Shown here: piece after piece, positions 1-12,385 of the stretch
How the letters are laid out: every line of letters begins with the position of its first letter
Numbering within the stretch: position 1 is the first letter of the stretch
Source of the DNA: Psammoneis japonica
Taxonomy: Eukaryota
DNA length: 64,000 bases
Assembly: GCA_008632985.1 (NCBI GenBank)
Contig: QPGO01000022.1
Coordinates: 310,001-374,000, forward strand
Reading direction: 5' to 3'
The notes under the pieces: generated by a model
What the model was told of the DNA's origin: nothing
Database searches by the model: none
The model's input: only the letters and a program-made list of their open reading frames with translations
Program-made: the position numbers and the translations under genes

Positions 1-189
1 ACTGAATGATCAGAGCAGAAACTATTTGCCCACGTCGATTCTCACCAGATTCAGTCGCAGCGCCGGCAAGTACCAATGTATCACCAACTCCTCGGACTAC
101 ACTCCCCAAGAGGCTGTGAAGAAGACGATAATCATGAGCTAGCTTGCCAGGTAAGCACACGCATAACGTACAGCAGATATTATGTAAGC

Positions 190-1179
190 TTACCGAACGC
201 TCTTCGCCGCGACATTTCGAGTGTTTCCAAGCAAACCACCCTTTTGACGCGGAAAGTCCGTCGGGAAACCACGTTTTTGATTTATAAGCCGTTCGGACGT
301 CAGTGGTAAGCGACGCCCTCCTGATGTTTCATCATTTGAGCTCCATTTGGGTTCTAGAACCCGTCCTGCTGTGTCCAAACCCGAGCTCATAGACTTGACA
401 GCGGTACCCATTAACTTAACTGACGAACCGGTTACCCCCGCTGCGGTTTCGCCGACAACACGTACGCTATCAGCTATCAGCCCAAACGTGTTTGCTACAA
501 AGCCAAATGATGCCGATAGCAAACGAGCCCCCTCCGCAGTCTCCAAATCAAGTTCTGCATCGACCACCTGTCGTTTTCTTTCTCTTCTCTTGCTTGCTTT
601 CTTATCACCTATCGAAACGGCACTTTTGCGTTCGTTGTCCTCAATGATCTTGTCCCTGTTTCCGCCAGCGAGTTTTGGATTATCCATTTCACGCTCTATA
701 GAAGCAGCAGCCATAGCAGTGGAAGCCAACAGCTGATCACCCGTCACGGAGGCAACCCCCGTAGAAGACTTGACTACATCCTTGCACGCACGCCTGAAAT
801 TGACCCATCGCTTTTTCCAGCGCCCCAAACGCTTCCTCCTTCCTGAAGATATCCCTAGCGATTCCAATCTTGTGTCTGAATGAAATGAAGCATCAGATAG
901 AGCCTCCCGGATAAATTGAATTAGATCTGGTCTAAGTTCATCGCCATCTACTTCAGATTCTGCATAAATGTACTTTTTTGCCAGATCTTCCTCATTCCTC
1001 TTTAGCAGTCGCTGATCAGGCCCCGATTCTCCTTCAGCAATAGCATGAAGAAAGAGAATCAAAATCCAAAATTTCCGCCGTGTGATTCTTTCCCTAGTAG
1101 CAATCCGATCACGTTTAGAAGTTGTGTCTGGTGCGATCGAGGAAGGAGTGGAAATCCGACGAGCTGTATGGCTGTTCAT
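190..1179 (-). CDS. Hypothetical protein, first exon (probably continues leftwards after an intron)
   Basis: 329-aa ORF with normal composition. It ends at a CG|GTAAG donor-like site near 190-195. No family recognised. Confidence 0.55.
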   Translation of the reverse strand: MNSHTARRISTPSSIAPDTTSKRDRIATRERITRRKFWILILFLHAIAEGESGPDQRLLKRNEEDLAKKYIYAESEVDGDELRPDLIQFIREALSDASFHSDTRLESLGISSGRRKRLGRWKKRWVNFRRACKDVVKSSTGVASVTGDQLLASTAMAAASIEREMDNPKLAGGNRDKIIEDNERKSAVSIGDKKASKRRERKRQVVDAELDLETAEGARLLSASFGFVANTFGLIADSVRVVGETAAGVTGSSVKLMGTAVKSMSSGLDTAGRVLEPKWSSNDETSGGRRLPLTSERLINQKRGFPTDFPRQKGGLLGNTRNVAAKSVR

Positions 1180-1722
1180 TAGCGTCTAATTTCAATATTC
1201 TCTTCAAGAACACATCAAAAATGATCTGCAGTTTCGTCCGTAAGCGTATGAAATTCGAAATGTGGTTCTCAGATGCCGGTCAGCAGGAAATAAACAGCGA
1301 CATACCGTGTTGTGATGGCCTCCATGGTGGGTTCAGCGTTGCGTACAGTGTACTACGTGTTGCATGCGCGTCCCTCCCTCCTGCACGCTCGCGCGTCGGT
1401 TCCTGCCTTTGACACCGAGTGACGTCACACAACCGGGTTATTCCTTATGTAGAAAAGTACCTGAGTGATGTACTGTGGTATTGTTGCTACGGAATGCTAC
1501 AGCGGAAATTCTGTCCAAGTTGCCCGCCAACACCGCGCTGTTCGCCCCGAGACACAATGACAGCGGGGGGCAACGTCCGAAAGTCGTCGTCTTTGGATGA
1601 TTCGTACTCGTTTCGCCTATTCCATCCTCTGTACCCAGTAGTTGTACTGGATGTTAAGTATCAAAAGAGTGTCGACTCCTCCATCAGAAACCGTTGTTGC
1701 AGTATCCAAGTGTCGAGGAAAA

Positions 1723-3300
1723 ATGTCAACAACAATCGCTGTCATCACGGCGGCCCTCGGAGCATTGGCATTGACCTGTGATACGGCAGTGTCATTTGCT
1801 CCTGTACGTCCAGCTCGTCAAGTAACCAGACACATCGCTTCTGGTGAGATCCGAAGAATTGATCTTTTTCGCAGTAATATGGCGATTTCAAGCAGAGAGG
1901 ACAGAGATGAAGGCCAAGCAGAAGAAGAAGCTGTTGTTGTTCCAACTCTGCCAGCAAGGAGCTTCAACTCGAAGAAATTCATTCGAATACGCCCACGGAC
2001 AATGAGAGGATCAAGGCGATGTTTTGAGCTACAGACTGCTGTCACAACGTTTGAGCGACAAAATAGCCACGGCGGAACCCAAACAGTTGATCTGCATGCG
2101 CAACTTCATTTCGGGGAGGAGAAATATTTTGATTACTACAACTCGAAGGAGTTTGAATCGCGCTATGATCGTGTTCACTACGAACTTCTGGTAGATCAAG
2201 ACCTAACTGCTACAAGAAATGGACTGAGATATTTACGTCCGAGTCCAGATGGAGGGAAAGTTCTCATGTCTTCTCCGTCGGATGCAACCACAGCTTCACA
2301 GTATGGTCTTGCGTGTCAAGTTGACGTTATGGACTTCTCGAATGAAAATTGGGTACACGCTGATTTTACTCGACAAGAATTACTCTCACAGACTCAGTCC
2401 AATCAGAATAATGAGATGAATCAACAGAGAAGTGGACCGCTGTGGGCACTAGCTTCGACGTCGCCAACATCAACATGGGGGCCTGGAGCTGAGGCGGTTC
2501 TTGCGCTTTTTCGTCCTTCTACTCCATCGACACCACTCTCATCGTCAGTTTCAAGGCGCCTCTTCTCAAATTTGTTTCTCCCGGGGAATTCACTTGCAGG
2601 TTGGTTGCGAGCTATTTTCTGGCTCGCGCTGCCTAGTCCAGAATTGAGTGTGATGGTTCTTGATTGGTCCAGTATTGTGCCTCGCCCTACTGGTGGCGTA
2701 TCTCAAGTGGCGCTGCCTGTGCTGGAATCGCTTCTCTCTGGGAACATTCAAGAAGCCCGCCAGTTAGTCTTTGGGCAAATGATTGTTGGCGCTCAGCGAG
2801 CAAGTGAGGGAGAGTCCCTTTTGATACAGAAGCGAAATGACCAGGCGTTGCGAGTGCTCCAAAAGTCCGTAGACCGGGACGGAATCGGCAGCTCAGCTTT
2901 GCTCTATGGGGGGATGCATTGCCCAGATTTGTACCGAAAGTTGTTGGGTATGGGCTTTCGTCCGACCAAGACGCAGTGGAGGACAGCATGTTCCGTCAAC
3001 GTTCCTAACTTTGGTACCGGGGGGCAAAACGGAAGAATGGAGAGCTTTGCTGCATCGTCGTCACCAGCAGCTATCGCTGTTGGGTTGGTTATACTTCCAC
3101 TCTATCTTCTGGTGGGAGGTGCTGATTGGATTGGATCCATCAGAGATCTGGCGACATATCTAGAGGCTGGCCACTTTGTGGACGCCACACTGGAAGTTGT
3201 GCTATACTTGTTTCGCCATGTCCTTCTCTATCTGGGACTTTCCAAGTTTGTGGTTGAATGGGATGGCGGAATCAATCTTTTTGGCATTGACAATCGATAA
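1723..3300 (+). CDS. Plastid-targeted conserved hypothetical protein with C-terminal TM segments (possibly TraB/GumN-like fold)
   Basis: ATG at 1723 gives a signal peptide plus VSFAP (ASAFAP-like) motif. Motifs DLHAQLHFGEEKYF and LLYGGMHCPD, with a hydrophobic C-terminus. Confidence 0.7.
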   Translation: MSTTIAVITAALGALALTCDTAVSFAPVRPARQVTRHIASGEIRRIDLFRSNMAISSREDRDEGQAEEEAVVVPTLPARSFNSKKFIRIRPRTMRGSRRCFELQTAVTTFERQNSHGGTQTVDLHAQLHFGEEKYFDYYNSKEFESRYDRVHYELLVDQDLTATRNGLRYLRPSPDGGKVLMSSPSDATTASQYGLACQVDVMDFSNENWVHADFTRQELLSQTQSNQNNEMNQQRSGPLWALASTSPTSTWGPGAEAVLALFRPSTPSTPLSSSVSRRLFSNLFLPGNSLAGWLRAIFWLALPSPELSVMVLDWSSIVPRPTGGVSQVALPVLESLLSGNIQEARQLVFGQMIVGAQRASEGESLLIQKRNDQALRVLQKSVDRDGIGSSALLYGGMHCPDLYRKLLGMGFRPTKTQWRTACSVNVPNFGTGGQNGRMESFAASSSPAAIAVGLVILPLYLLVGGADWIGSIRDLATYLEAGHFVDATLEVVLYLFRHVLLYLGLSKFVVEWDGGINLFGIDNR

Positions 3301-3368
3301 GCTCAGGAAACAGTAATAGTAATAGGCTTTTAATTTATGATGTCCGTGCTATAGAGGACACTGTGGTC

Positions 3369-4844
3369 TCAGTCGGGTTCAAAGGATGACCCTTCCCATT
3401 CGCCATAGTCGAAAATGAGCCTCCACTTACAGCTCCTTTCGTCTTGCGAGAAGATTTCCGGGTCAACATTTCCTTTAGACAGTGTAGCCTTACCGCATCC
3501 GCAAGACAGGGAGTGTAATCGGCATAATAATTCAGTCTGCAATTCCTCAACTATACTTCCGGGTGTGAAGCCATCCGCACTACTTCGGGCGATCGTGATT
3601 ATGAACGGATCTCGTCCAAGCTTTGACCGGGATTCTGATATGAATTTGGACGCTGCTGATAGTTGATCTGACACTGATTGCCTCATTACGCTTATATCGG
3701 CCGGACAATGTGGCATCATGATGTTTGGTATCGCCTCTACTGCCATTGTCGCCAGCTCTGACGAGATGTTACTTTCGCTGAGCGCGAGGAATAGGGCACG
3801 TAGAAGCAGTTCGCCTTGTCGTTTCGATTCAAATAAACAAGCTAGCGCCTCAAATTCTTCAGCGAGCCCGCATGGCACATCGCTGCTTTTGCTGTCTGCT
3901 ACGTAGAGAAGAGTCTTTGTCAAAAGGTTGCGAAAGGTCAACAAATCATCCTCGTACGCTTGAAGCGTCAGTCCCTTGTTTGTTTCGTCGTGTTCCTGGA
4001 TTCCAAACGAATCCGTTCCATTCTGATAAATCTTGGTATTATAGACAACTTCAACGAACGCTTTCGTGAAGCCTGGGTCATGCTCCTCCAAATCCGTGAG
4101 AAAGGGATTAAGACAGGCGAAGTAGTCAAGACAAATATCAAGCGCCCAATCAACACCGCGTGTTGTTGGCGAAAAGGCGGAAGCGTGGTCATCCGTGCCC
4201 AACGTACTCAAATCAGAAACCGTCAAGCACAATGGCTGTGACAACATAAGTTCACAAGATGGCACGATGGATGAGTCATCAAGGTAATACGGGTGGTTCA
4301 AGTCAACCTTAAGAGTCGCCGATAGTGGCAAGTCGAGAAACGATGACACATTCGTTACGTCGTCATTCAACGGCGTCCACGCACCCACTTGGAACGAGCA
4401 ACGACCGAGAGGAAGCTGGTTAGACTCCTGTCCCCGGATCCAGTGTACCGACGAAAGATCTCCAGCCATCACTAGAGGTAAAATCCATTCTGCTATGCCG
4501 GACTCGGAGGCGTCTAGCAACTCGTACAAGTCGTGACTCTGTTGATCGTTCACGGTAGTTCTGCTGTTTGTTTCTCCATCTTCCGTTACGCGGTCTCCTA
4601 AAGGCATATGGGCTGGCCAAGCTTTTCGGGGAGAAAAACAAGCAGCTGCAGGTATATTCGACCCAGGGCAGGCAAGGTCGGGATGCGCATCAAAGTGAAT
4701 CATTGCCCATTGTGAAGTAAATGGATGCCATTTCTTCTTTCGTCGCCTGTGACGGATGACAGTATGATAGTGCTCCAAAGCATGTGAATGTGATTCTACC
4801 ACCACAACAAAAATTGGAGGTGAATCGCTGCATTGTCGATCCAT
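3369..4844 (-). CDS. UPF0489 family protein (C5orf22-like)
   Basis: Motifs VVVESHSHAL, IHFDAHPDL, IAEWILP, LDICLDYF and ITIARS..DGFTP match my recollection of UPF0489. Confidence 0.8.
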   Translation of the reverse strand: MDRQCSDSPPIFVVVVESHSHALEHYHTVIRHRRRKKKWHPFTSQWAMIHFDAHPDLACPGSNIPAAACFSPRKAWPAHMPLGDRVTEDGETNSRTTVNDQQSHDLYELLDASESGIAEWILPLVMAGDLSSVHWIRGQESNQLPLGRCSFQVGAWTPLNDDVTNVSSFLDLPLSATLKVDLNHPYYLDDSSIVPSCELMLSQPLCLTVSDLSTLGTDDHASAFSPTTRGVDWALDICLDYFACLNPFLTDLEEHDPGFTKAFVEVVYNTKIYQNGTDSFGIQEHDETNKGLTLQAYEDDLLTFRNLLTKTLLYVADSKSSDVPCGLAEEFEALACLFESKRQGELLLRALFLALSESNISSELATMAVEAIPNIMMPHCPADISVMRQSVSDQLSAASKFISESRSKLGRDPFIITIARSSADGFTPGSIVEELQTELLCRLHSLSCGCGKATLSKGNVDPEIFSQDERSCKWRLIFDYGEWEGSSFEPD

Positions 4845-5049
4845 TCTTCATCACATCATGTTGCGCCGTTCTCCCATGCCCCATTTTCAATTTTGTGTAT
4901 CATAAGTCCTTGAGTTGGATGCACCCCTGATCAGCTTTGTTCTTTGCCGCTGCATGGAATTTCAAAAGACAACATGATTCATACAACATACACTCGTACA
5001 AATCAAAACACCGCGAAGGGGTGCGATAAAACACCTTCGCTTTGCATCA

Positions 5050-5200
5050 CACTCTACTACAGTACAGTACTACGACAATCTCTACCGGTACTCTAGCCCT
5101 AGACTAGTAGAGTAGGCCCTATCTAGCTAGAGCGATGTCTATGTACCCGGTATATCATCTAGCTCCGTAGCTACTCTACTCTCTAGCGAGGCGTATCGCA
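5050..5200. repeat. Intergenic low-complexity CTAG/TAC/TAG-rich patch
   Basis: ctactacagtacagtactac, ctctagccctagactagtagagtag, ctagctagag. Confidence 0.6.
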
Positions 5201-5541
5201 CTAGCCGCGGCAGGGGTAATAGGGACATTTTGCCGTCTCTCTCTAATAAACTACGTTGCAGTAGCTAACAACATTTTGGTGTTTCTTTTCGTTTGCATCT
5301 TTGGCCTCGGTGACGACGCATGAGAACTGAAGGTCGTGGCGACTACTTGCTTGACGAACTCGGAACGAACTTTTCGTAAATCGACTGCTACTGAGAACTT
5401 TATACTGGCCCAACTTTTAATTGGAGCGAAAGCGACGCAAACTACAATTTCTTCCGTTTGGTTTCCAGACCATTCGCTATTGCTATAAGCCTTGTAAACG
5501 TTTTCTTCTAACGCTTAGTTGCACCAAACATTGAAGCTCTT

Positions 5542-6579
5542 TCATAACCTAGAGTCGTCAGGTTTCTGTCGATGTAGTTCCTGCTCCAGCTTGTTGTACA
5601 ATAGACCCCACAGCTCGTTGCTTTGCTGAAGACGTCCGATTCGGATATTCATTTCCTGTGTTTCCTTTTCTTGACGTCTCAACTCTGACTGATGAAGCTG
5701 TTGAAGGCGACAGTTTTGGATCTTGAGTTCCCTTATTTCTTCGTCACGACGGCTCAACTCCAAAGCACTGCTTTGCTTCAGCTCCTGATGGCGCTTCTTG
5801 ATTTCTTCTATTTCCTCCGGATGGCGTTGCTCACTACGTTCAACTTCTGCACGATACGAGTGAGCCATGTCGTCTTGTGAATGCTCCTTCGGTTGATAGC
5901 ATGTTCCCATCGAAACAGATGTTTGCCTCTTTGGAAGAGATTCTTGGGGCATTCTGATGTTGTCACACGCGACAACATTCGTTTCCTCCGTTTCACAAGG
6001 TTTAGCGTCGTTCTGCATTGGGGACGTGTTTCGATGACCCTGACTCAGGATTCTAAATGGCGAATCTGGCCTGGCGTACGTTAAGTTTTCCACACGCGAA
6101 CCGATACTGCACGGGCTCTGAGTATTGTGAACGATACTTTCTTCTCCAATTGCATCGTTGGTTGCCTTTGCTGCAGCACTAGCTATGCCCTTTTCAGCAG
6201 TCACATGGGCTACTTTCTGTTCCTCCTCCCTTTCTTCTCGTGACTCCAAGTTTGGTGACGTGAACGAGACGCTTGTTTGATCCGTTTCGCCCGCTTGAAT
6301 CGATTTTGATTGGCCTTCAACCTTGCGACGGTTTCTTTTTCGCGTCCGTTTGCTCGACGAGGCGAGGTTTTTCTTGGCTACAACCTTTTTGAAATTTGAC
6401 CTGCTTTGACCAGACCTGGTTTTAATGATATAGTTAGGTCGCTGTTCCTCTATTTCGTCTTCAAACTCAAACGCGGAGAAATCGTGCGTTCTTGGGGTTT
6501 GACGATGTTGCTTGATCTTTCCACTGCAGTTACCTTCGGGACCATAGCGCGTCCCTTTTACAGCTTTCACCCGAGGCAT
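5542..6579 (-). CDS. Hypothetical protein, basic N-terminus and C-terminal coiled coil
   Basis: 345-aa ORF with an NLS-like KRTRKRNRRK and an E/Q/R/L-rich heptad tail. Confidence 0.65.
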   Translation of the reverse strand: MPRVKAVKGTRYGPEGNCSGKIKQHRQTPRTHDFSAFEFEDEIEEQRPNYIIKTRSGQSRSNFKKVVAKKNLASSSKRTRKRNRRKVEGQSKSIQAGETDQTSVSFTSPNLESREEREEEQKVAHVTAEKGIASAAAKATNDAIGEESIVHNTQSPCSIGSRVENLTYARPDSPFRILSQGHRNTSPMQNDAKPCETEETNVVACDNIRMPQESLPKRQTSVSMGTCYQPKEHSQDDMAHSYRAEVERSEQRHPEEIEEIKKRHQELKQSSALELSRRDEEIRELKIQNCRLQQLHQSELRRQEKETQEMNIRIGRLQQSNELWGLLYNKLEQELHRQKPDDSRL

Positions 6580-6958
6580 TTTCTCTGTTAATCAATATAT
6601 TACCGACTATTCTTTTTGACGGCGGAGCTGATGTAACTGCGGAGAATGGCGAATGGGCCGCCATTGCGAAAGCAGAACGAACTTTTCTTTTTTTGGCGAT
6701 AGTGCTTTCTCCGATTAGGACAAGATCGCATCGTACTTCTACCACGCATTACGTACCGGTATGTAGAAATAAATACTTTCTCTACGTGAGAGAAATCAGG
6801 TGACAATCGACAGTCGACAGCCAGACCGTCCGAAGTCGGATTTTTTTTATTATTTTTTGTTGTTCCCGAATCGCCATGAGCATACTGTACGCTACGCATA
6901 AGGACACGCTGCATTTGATTTTGTTTCATTGAGACTCCACACTACCTCGTTGACCAGA

Positions 6959-9900
6959 ATGGGCACTCAAAGCGACGAGGAAGACTCGTCTGTAACGACG
7001 CTGGGCGAAGAAGAATCTGTTGATTTGTTGGGTTCGATAGCTCCCCGACGGCAGAGCGACGACAACTCTCACGACACAGCCAATTCCAACAGCGTTCCAT
7101 GTTCGTCCTCGGCAAGTGCCAACGGATCTCCCGGGTCCATCACATCACCGGCTACGCAAACGCTCAATATTTTGTCACAGCACGATGCTGCCGGAGGCGG
7201 TGATCTGCTCTACAATACTGACACCAAGTCTCAAGAGGAGCAAAGCAGAAACGATGAAGTACTAGCCAATGCGAAACCCGTCGCGCTGCCACCGGACGCT
7301 TCTGTTCATAAGATCACTCTCTCAGAAAAGGGAACGCTTGGTATGACTATCTTACGTGGATCAGGTGATATGGATATCAATGGCGCTTGCTATGTCAACA
7401 AAGTTGCCAAAGGGGGTCAAGCGGAAAAAGCCGGAATTGTGCCTCGCGACGTGATTCTTATTCAGGAATCGAACGAGTACTTTGTGGCTTCTCATGATGA
7501 TGTATTGGCATGGTCGAACGGCTCAAGGCCTTTTACATTCTTTGTAGCGCGATTGACTGGCAACATGGTTGCAACCGCGCGCTCAAGAGGCTCGCCAATG
7601 TCACCTGCGAAAAGACCGACCGTATCATCGAAGAACAAAGAGAATATTCTTCCATTCTGCAAGGCTTGCAACAAGGGCCCGGGTTCGAAGAAGAATGTCT
7701 ATCACCACAAGATGTGCCGCAAACACAAAGATTTTAGGACTTCTGGTGCAAAGCAAAAGTTGGAGGCTGTCTGTCGAGGTGTTAAGATCGGATGCCCCGC
7801 CTGTGAATTCGAATACAACCGTGGACGAGCGAGTACGAACCACCGACACATCTGCGAGCGAGCACGAAAGAAGCCGATCCAATGCGGGTCTCCCGTGACA
7901 GTCTCGTCGCCCCAAAGCGAAACACAACCAAGCATAGCATCTGCGGCTAGAGCACTATCGGCGATGAAAGACAAGAAAGACGATCAATTTGAGGCTGTTC
8001 CGTTTTGCGTTGCGTGCAACAACGACAGCGACTCGGGTCGAAAGAAGGCCAACCATCACACCCTGTGTCCAAAGCATCCCGACTTTGTCACGTCGGGCGC
8101 CAAGGACAAATTGGACAAGATACGTCGCGGCGTCGAACAAAACTGTTTGGCCTGCCTACAAGAATATGAGTACGGAAAGCGAAAGACGCCGCGCAAACGG
8201 CATACCTGTGAGAGACGAATGAAACTGCAAAAAGATATGGAAGAGGAGCAGTCCAGAACTGCTAAATCGTCCCTATCACTTGCCGACAACGACAACGATC
8301 CACCAGTATCAGTTGTATTGACAAAAACTGCAACGCGTCAACGCAGTACTGCTAACGAAAGGGCCTCAACAAGGTCACCGCTTGTCTCGGATTCGATTCA
8401 AAAGAAAGTTTACAAGAGGCATGTAGAGGATTCGAATGGGCGAAACAGAGATTCATTTGCACCAAGCCCATCGCAGTCGGAATCAACAGGGAGCCAAGCA
8501 AGCGGAGGGCGCATGTCGACCATGAAAACTTCGTTGGTGCCCTTCTGCCAAGCTTGCAACGATGGGCAGGGTCGTGGGAATTTGTATCACCATGCGATGT
8601 GTCCGGTTCATCCCCAGTTCAAGAACTCTGGCGCCGATATCAAGTTGGAGATCATACGCCGTGGTGTTGCAGTAGGTTGCGAGGCATGCAACTTCCAATA
8701 CCAGAACGGAAGAGTAGGGCGGCATTTGCAACATTCTCCAGCTTGTGAGAGGCGAAAGAATTCAAAGAAGGACAAGACACAGGAGTCTCGGGGTTCAACC
8801 AAGGAAACATCTCAGAAAGCTGGGAAGCGACGAGCCACGCAGAAAGCTGCCGGAACGAAACCGAGAGCTGCAAAAGCGAAAGTCAGCATGCAGAAGGCGA
8901 GTGCGCCATGTGACGAAGTAGAACCGGTAAAGAGAAAGGCTCAACACCCATTTGAGCCATCGAAAAAGGCACGAACAAAGAAAGTAGAGAAGAGCATTTC
9001 TTCCGATTCCGGAGCCTTTCCAAGCGTTTCAATCGCCAAGGAGCTCTGTCACGACGAGGTTGACAACAGTTACTTCTCAACCAATCTCGCATCAGTAAAC
9101 ACAAACCTGAACGACGATCGCAACTTGGAGATTACTCTTCCTAGTGAAGAAAACGACCCTGTCAAGAAGAAGGTTATGCTGCCGTGCCCCAATCCATGGG
9201 GTACTTCTGGGTATCAAGATGGAGACGTGGTTTTGTTTTGTCCATCGGGTGGATTCACTCACCACGAGAGTTTAGATAACGCACAGCGATTCTCGTTGGA
9301 TCCATTCTGTCCTGGATCTTCCTATTTCAACAGCCATCACAGTCCTGAAAGTGGAATTCATGTGATACGACTGTCGCGAGATCGAATGGCGACACGTCCA
9401 TGGGGATTCACTTTCCGACGTCACGACTTTGGCGGTGCATGTCTTGTTGAATCTGTTGACCCGATGTCCCCGGCTGCCGTAGCGGTAAGCTTCGTACGCA
9501 TGTTTTTCAAGATTCGACTACGCAGGCCGAGCAAGTAGCTTTTCCGACTTTCTCACGTGTCTATTGTTATTTCTATTAAGGTTCATGTTGGTATGCCCGA
9601 GAATCAACCCAGCTCGGCAAGGGCGAGCCTACATGTGAACGACATGATCTTGTGTATCAACGGGAAGGTTGTTGGGGGGTTGACTCCAACTGGAGTGACA
9701 CTGGAGCTTGAAGTGAGCGGTCCAGAGATGCTCTTGGCTGTATCGCGATTCAAACGGAGTCTTACACCGTTCAACAATCCAGCGCCGCGGGAAGTAACTC
9801 CGTTACCGGAACGCAACGGTCCTAGTGAAGGAGGTGGCTTGTGTGACTGGATCGAGCTGCAGGGGGATACAAATATTCCGTCCGGCAAAGAAAGGGCAGA

Positions 9901-10823
9901 AAGTGACTCCAATCTGCACGATTTTTTTTGTCAGTCTGATGCAGAGCAAGGCAGTGGCGAAGAATCAACAAATAACGTCACTGAACATCCGACCGAAAAC
10001 GAGACCTCGTATTCAGATCAAAACTCCGATGTTTCGCTGGAAGGCGGGAGTTCGACGGCACAGTCGATCACACGGGCATCAGATGCCGGGTCAACCGGAA
10101 GAGATGGAGCCGAAGCGGAAGAAGGTGATTCGCAGATGGATACAGATGATGGTTGGGAGGACGATGACGAGCCTTGGCTAGGTTGCGTTTGTGGGAAGAT
10201 ACACCCAGCCCCAATCCCCGTGTTCTGGATTCAGTGCGACATTTGTGATGCTTGGTATTCAAGTTTTTGGAGAGTGTGTCGGTTTCAATCAGAAAACGGC
10301 AGAGGAGATGGACACATGGTCTTGCTGGGCGTGTTCAGGAACCAGAGACGCAACTCAAGCTCAGAATGGAGAGGTCGCGTCCGATTATGAGCAGAAACGG
10401 CTCGACAACATCGCAAAGAACCACGCCCGCCTAGCAGAGCTTGGGCTGCTGAACAAAGAGAATTGTAAGTCGGGCTCAATAACCCACAAGAAAGCCCGCA
10501 CAGCCAACACGGTCAGATCCCTCGTACCCCAGAGGTGGTCAACACGCACCAAGGATCTAGGGAAAAAGGAATCACCGAGTGCGCCCACATCTCGATCGCA
10601 AAACAGTGGTGACACTGACCTGCAGGTACTAGAACCGGGAACTTTGGTATATGTCAAGCCTCGCACTTGGCCTGGTTGCAACAAGCTCGGTGGAGTTGGC
10701 ACAGTAACTGCCGCGCGGAGCAACCCAGAAGGCGGAGTAAGCTACGACATCAAGTACACCGTCAATGGTGGGAAGGATTCAAATGTCTCCCATCAGTACG
10801 TCAGCAAATATACATTCTCTTGA
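6959..10823 (+). CDS. Multidomain protein: PDZ-like, 3x Cys/His repeat, second PDZ-like, PHD finger, C-terminal SH3/Tudor-like segment
   Basis: Exon 1 6959-9484, intron 9485-9580 (GTAAGC...TAAG, phase 0 on both sides), exon 2 from 9581. PDZ-like motifs GTLGMTI...GGQAEKAGI and PWGFTF...DPMSPAA. The PHD (CVC...WIQCDICDAWY...CVG...WSCWAC) is split by a 1-nt insertion near 10258. Confidence 0.7.
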
Positions 10824-11072
10824 GAATCGGGTATCGCTCTCTACAGAGTGCTGTTCAGAATCGTGTAGTTTTGCTCAGGACAATGCAAATCTGTTTCATC
10901 CCAACAAGAAAATAGGTTGACTGTGTCAGTACATTGAAATAGTTTACATGTTATGCTTGCAATAACTTGCATCTTTACACGTTGTATGAGTAGCAAACTG
11001 CATCTTGTGAAACTGTAAGGCAGATTAGAATAAAGAGTGAGTCTGGTCCAATGTTTGTCCCGGATCTTGATC

Positions 11073-11870
11073 TTAGATGGAGAATTCAATAAGGTATTCC
11101 TTGCCCCACGGAACTTTTGCCCACACACGTTCATAGAAAAACATCAATGCCGTCTTGAAAATCGCATCCGAACCAGCAATTTTTGAAGCGATGCTTAGGT
11201 CTTTGGCGATGAAGATGGCCATAGTCAAGGTGTTGCAGATGGCAAAGAGCCTCCACACGAGTGCCTTCACGAGCGATCTGCCAACGGCATCTCCCCCCGA
11301 TTTCCGCCCAGCTGACGACTTGTTCATTAGTCGTTCGCCAATAAACATAGTGAATGCCTTGGAGAAGAAGTCTGAGCCAACAATAGAGAGAGCCGTGGAG
11401 ATTGATCCCGAGAATCGGAGGGACGTCACAAATGTCACTGTTCCGGCGATAACCCTCCAGAGGAAGGCTTTCACAGCAGATCGAATAGCAGTTTCCGAAA
11501 AGTTTCCGCCCTCCGGTGAATCGGCAATTTGAGCTCCTGCAATGTATTCATCTCTCTTGGTCTGGAGCTTCTGCAAGCTCACTTCGGCCTCGTTCAACTT
11601 GTCCATGGCTTTTTGCTTGCGCTTACTATAAACTTCGATTTTGTTTTCGATTTCTCGCAGCACTGCTTCATTGTTTCCATTCACTTTGTCTCCCATCATT
11701 GCTACGAACGGCGGTACCGCATGGTGAGATACCCGCTGTTCTCGAAATAACGGGCTTTGGCGAGCGTAATGGCTTCCAATCCCGGTGGTGGGAGTAACCG
11801 GCGAGAAAGCGGCGATTCCCAGCGGAACCATAGCAATCAGGAGGAGACAAGCTTTCAACGGATTGGCCAT
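11073..11870 (-). CDS. Plastid-targeted DUF2061-repeat membrane protein
   Basis: Signal peptide plus AAFSP motif. Two RSxVKAxxWR repeats and the terminal FFYERVWAKVPWG are typical of DUF2061. Confidence 0.75.
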   Translation of the reverse strand: MANPLKACLLLIAMVPLGIAAFSPVTPTTGIGSHYARQSPLFREQRVSHHAVPPFVAMMGDKVNGNNEAVLREIENKIEVYSKRKQKAMDKLNEAEVSLQKLQTKRDEYIAGAQIADSPEGGNFSETAIRSAVKAFLWRVIAGTVTFVTSLRFSGSISTALSIVGSDFFSKAFTMFIGERLMNKSSAGRKSGGDAVGRSLVKALVWRLFAICNTLTMAIFIAKDLSIASKIAGSDAIFKTALMFFYERVWAKVPWGKEYLIEFSI

Positions 11871-12385
11871 CTTTATATTCTGTTTTATGGGTTGACACGG
11901 TGATTGCAAACACAAGGAGAAACAAGATAAATGCTTCTTTTTCCGAAGACATTCAACAAAAAGACATGATTTGTGGCGGAGAATGTGGTCAAAAAAGCTG
12001 GTGAAATCAGCTGTGTAAGGTCAGTACTGAATCCTACAAGCCGTCGAACTTCCGTATCAAATCCACTTTGTACGTCATCACTACTTACGAGATATCTTTT
12101 AATTTCTAATCTTCATGCCGAATAACTATATTTCAAATGCCACGTCACTGTATCCAGTACTGTATGTAAGTATAAAAATTGGTGGCTTGTTGAAGTTCGA
12201 GCGAGTTTCGAGTTTCGAGTGTTGAAGTCGTCATGCGCTTCTCTCTTCTCTCACTGTGACTGTTGACCTGCAGTGACACCGCCAGAAAGGCATTCTCTAT
12301 TGGCCGTCGCAGATGAAAAGCCCCGCAAACACGTAACACTGTATTGACTGAGAAAAAAAGAGAACGGAGGAGAGCCATTACTTCA

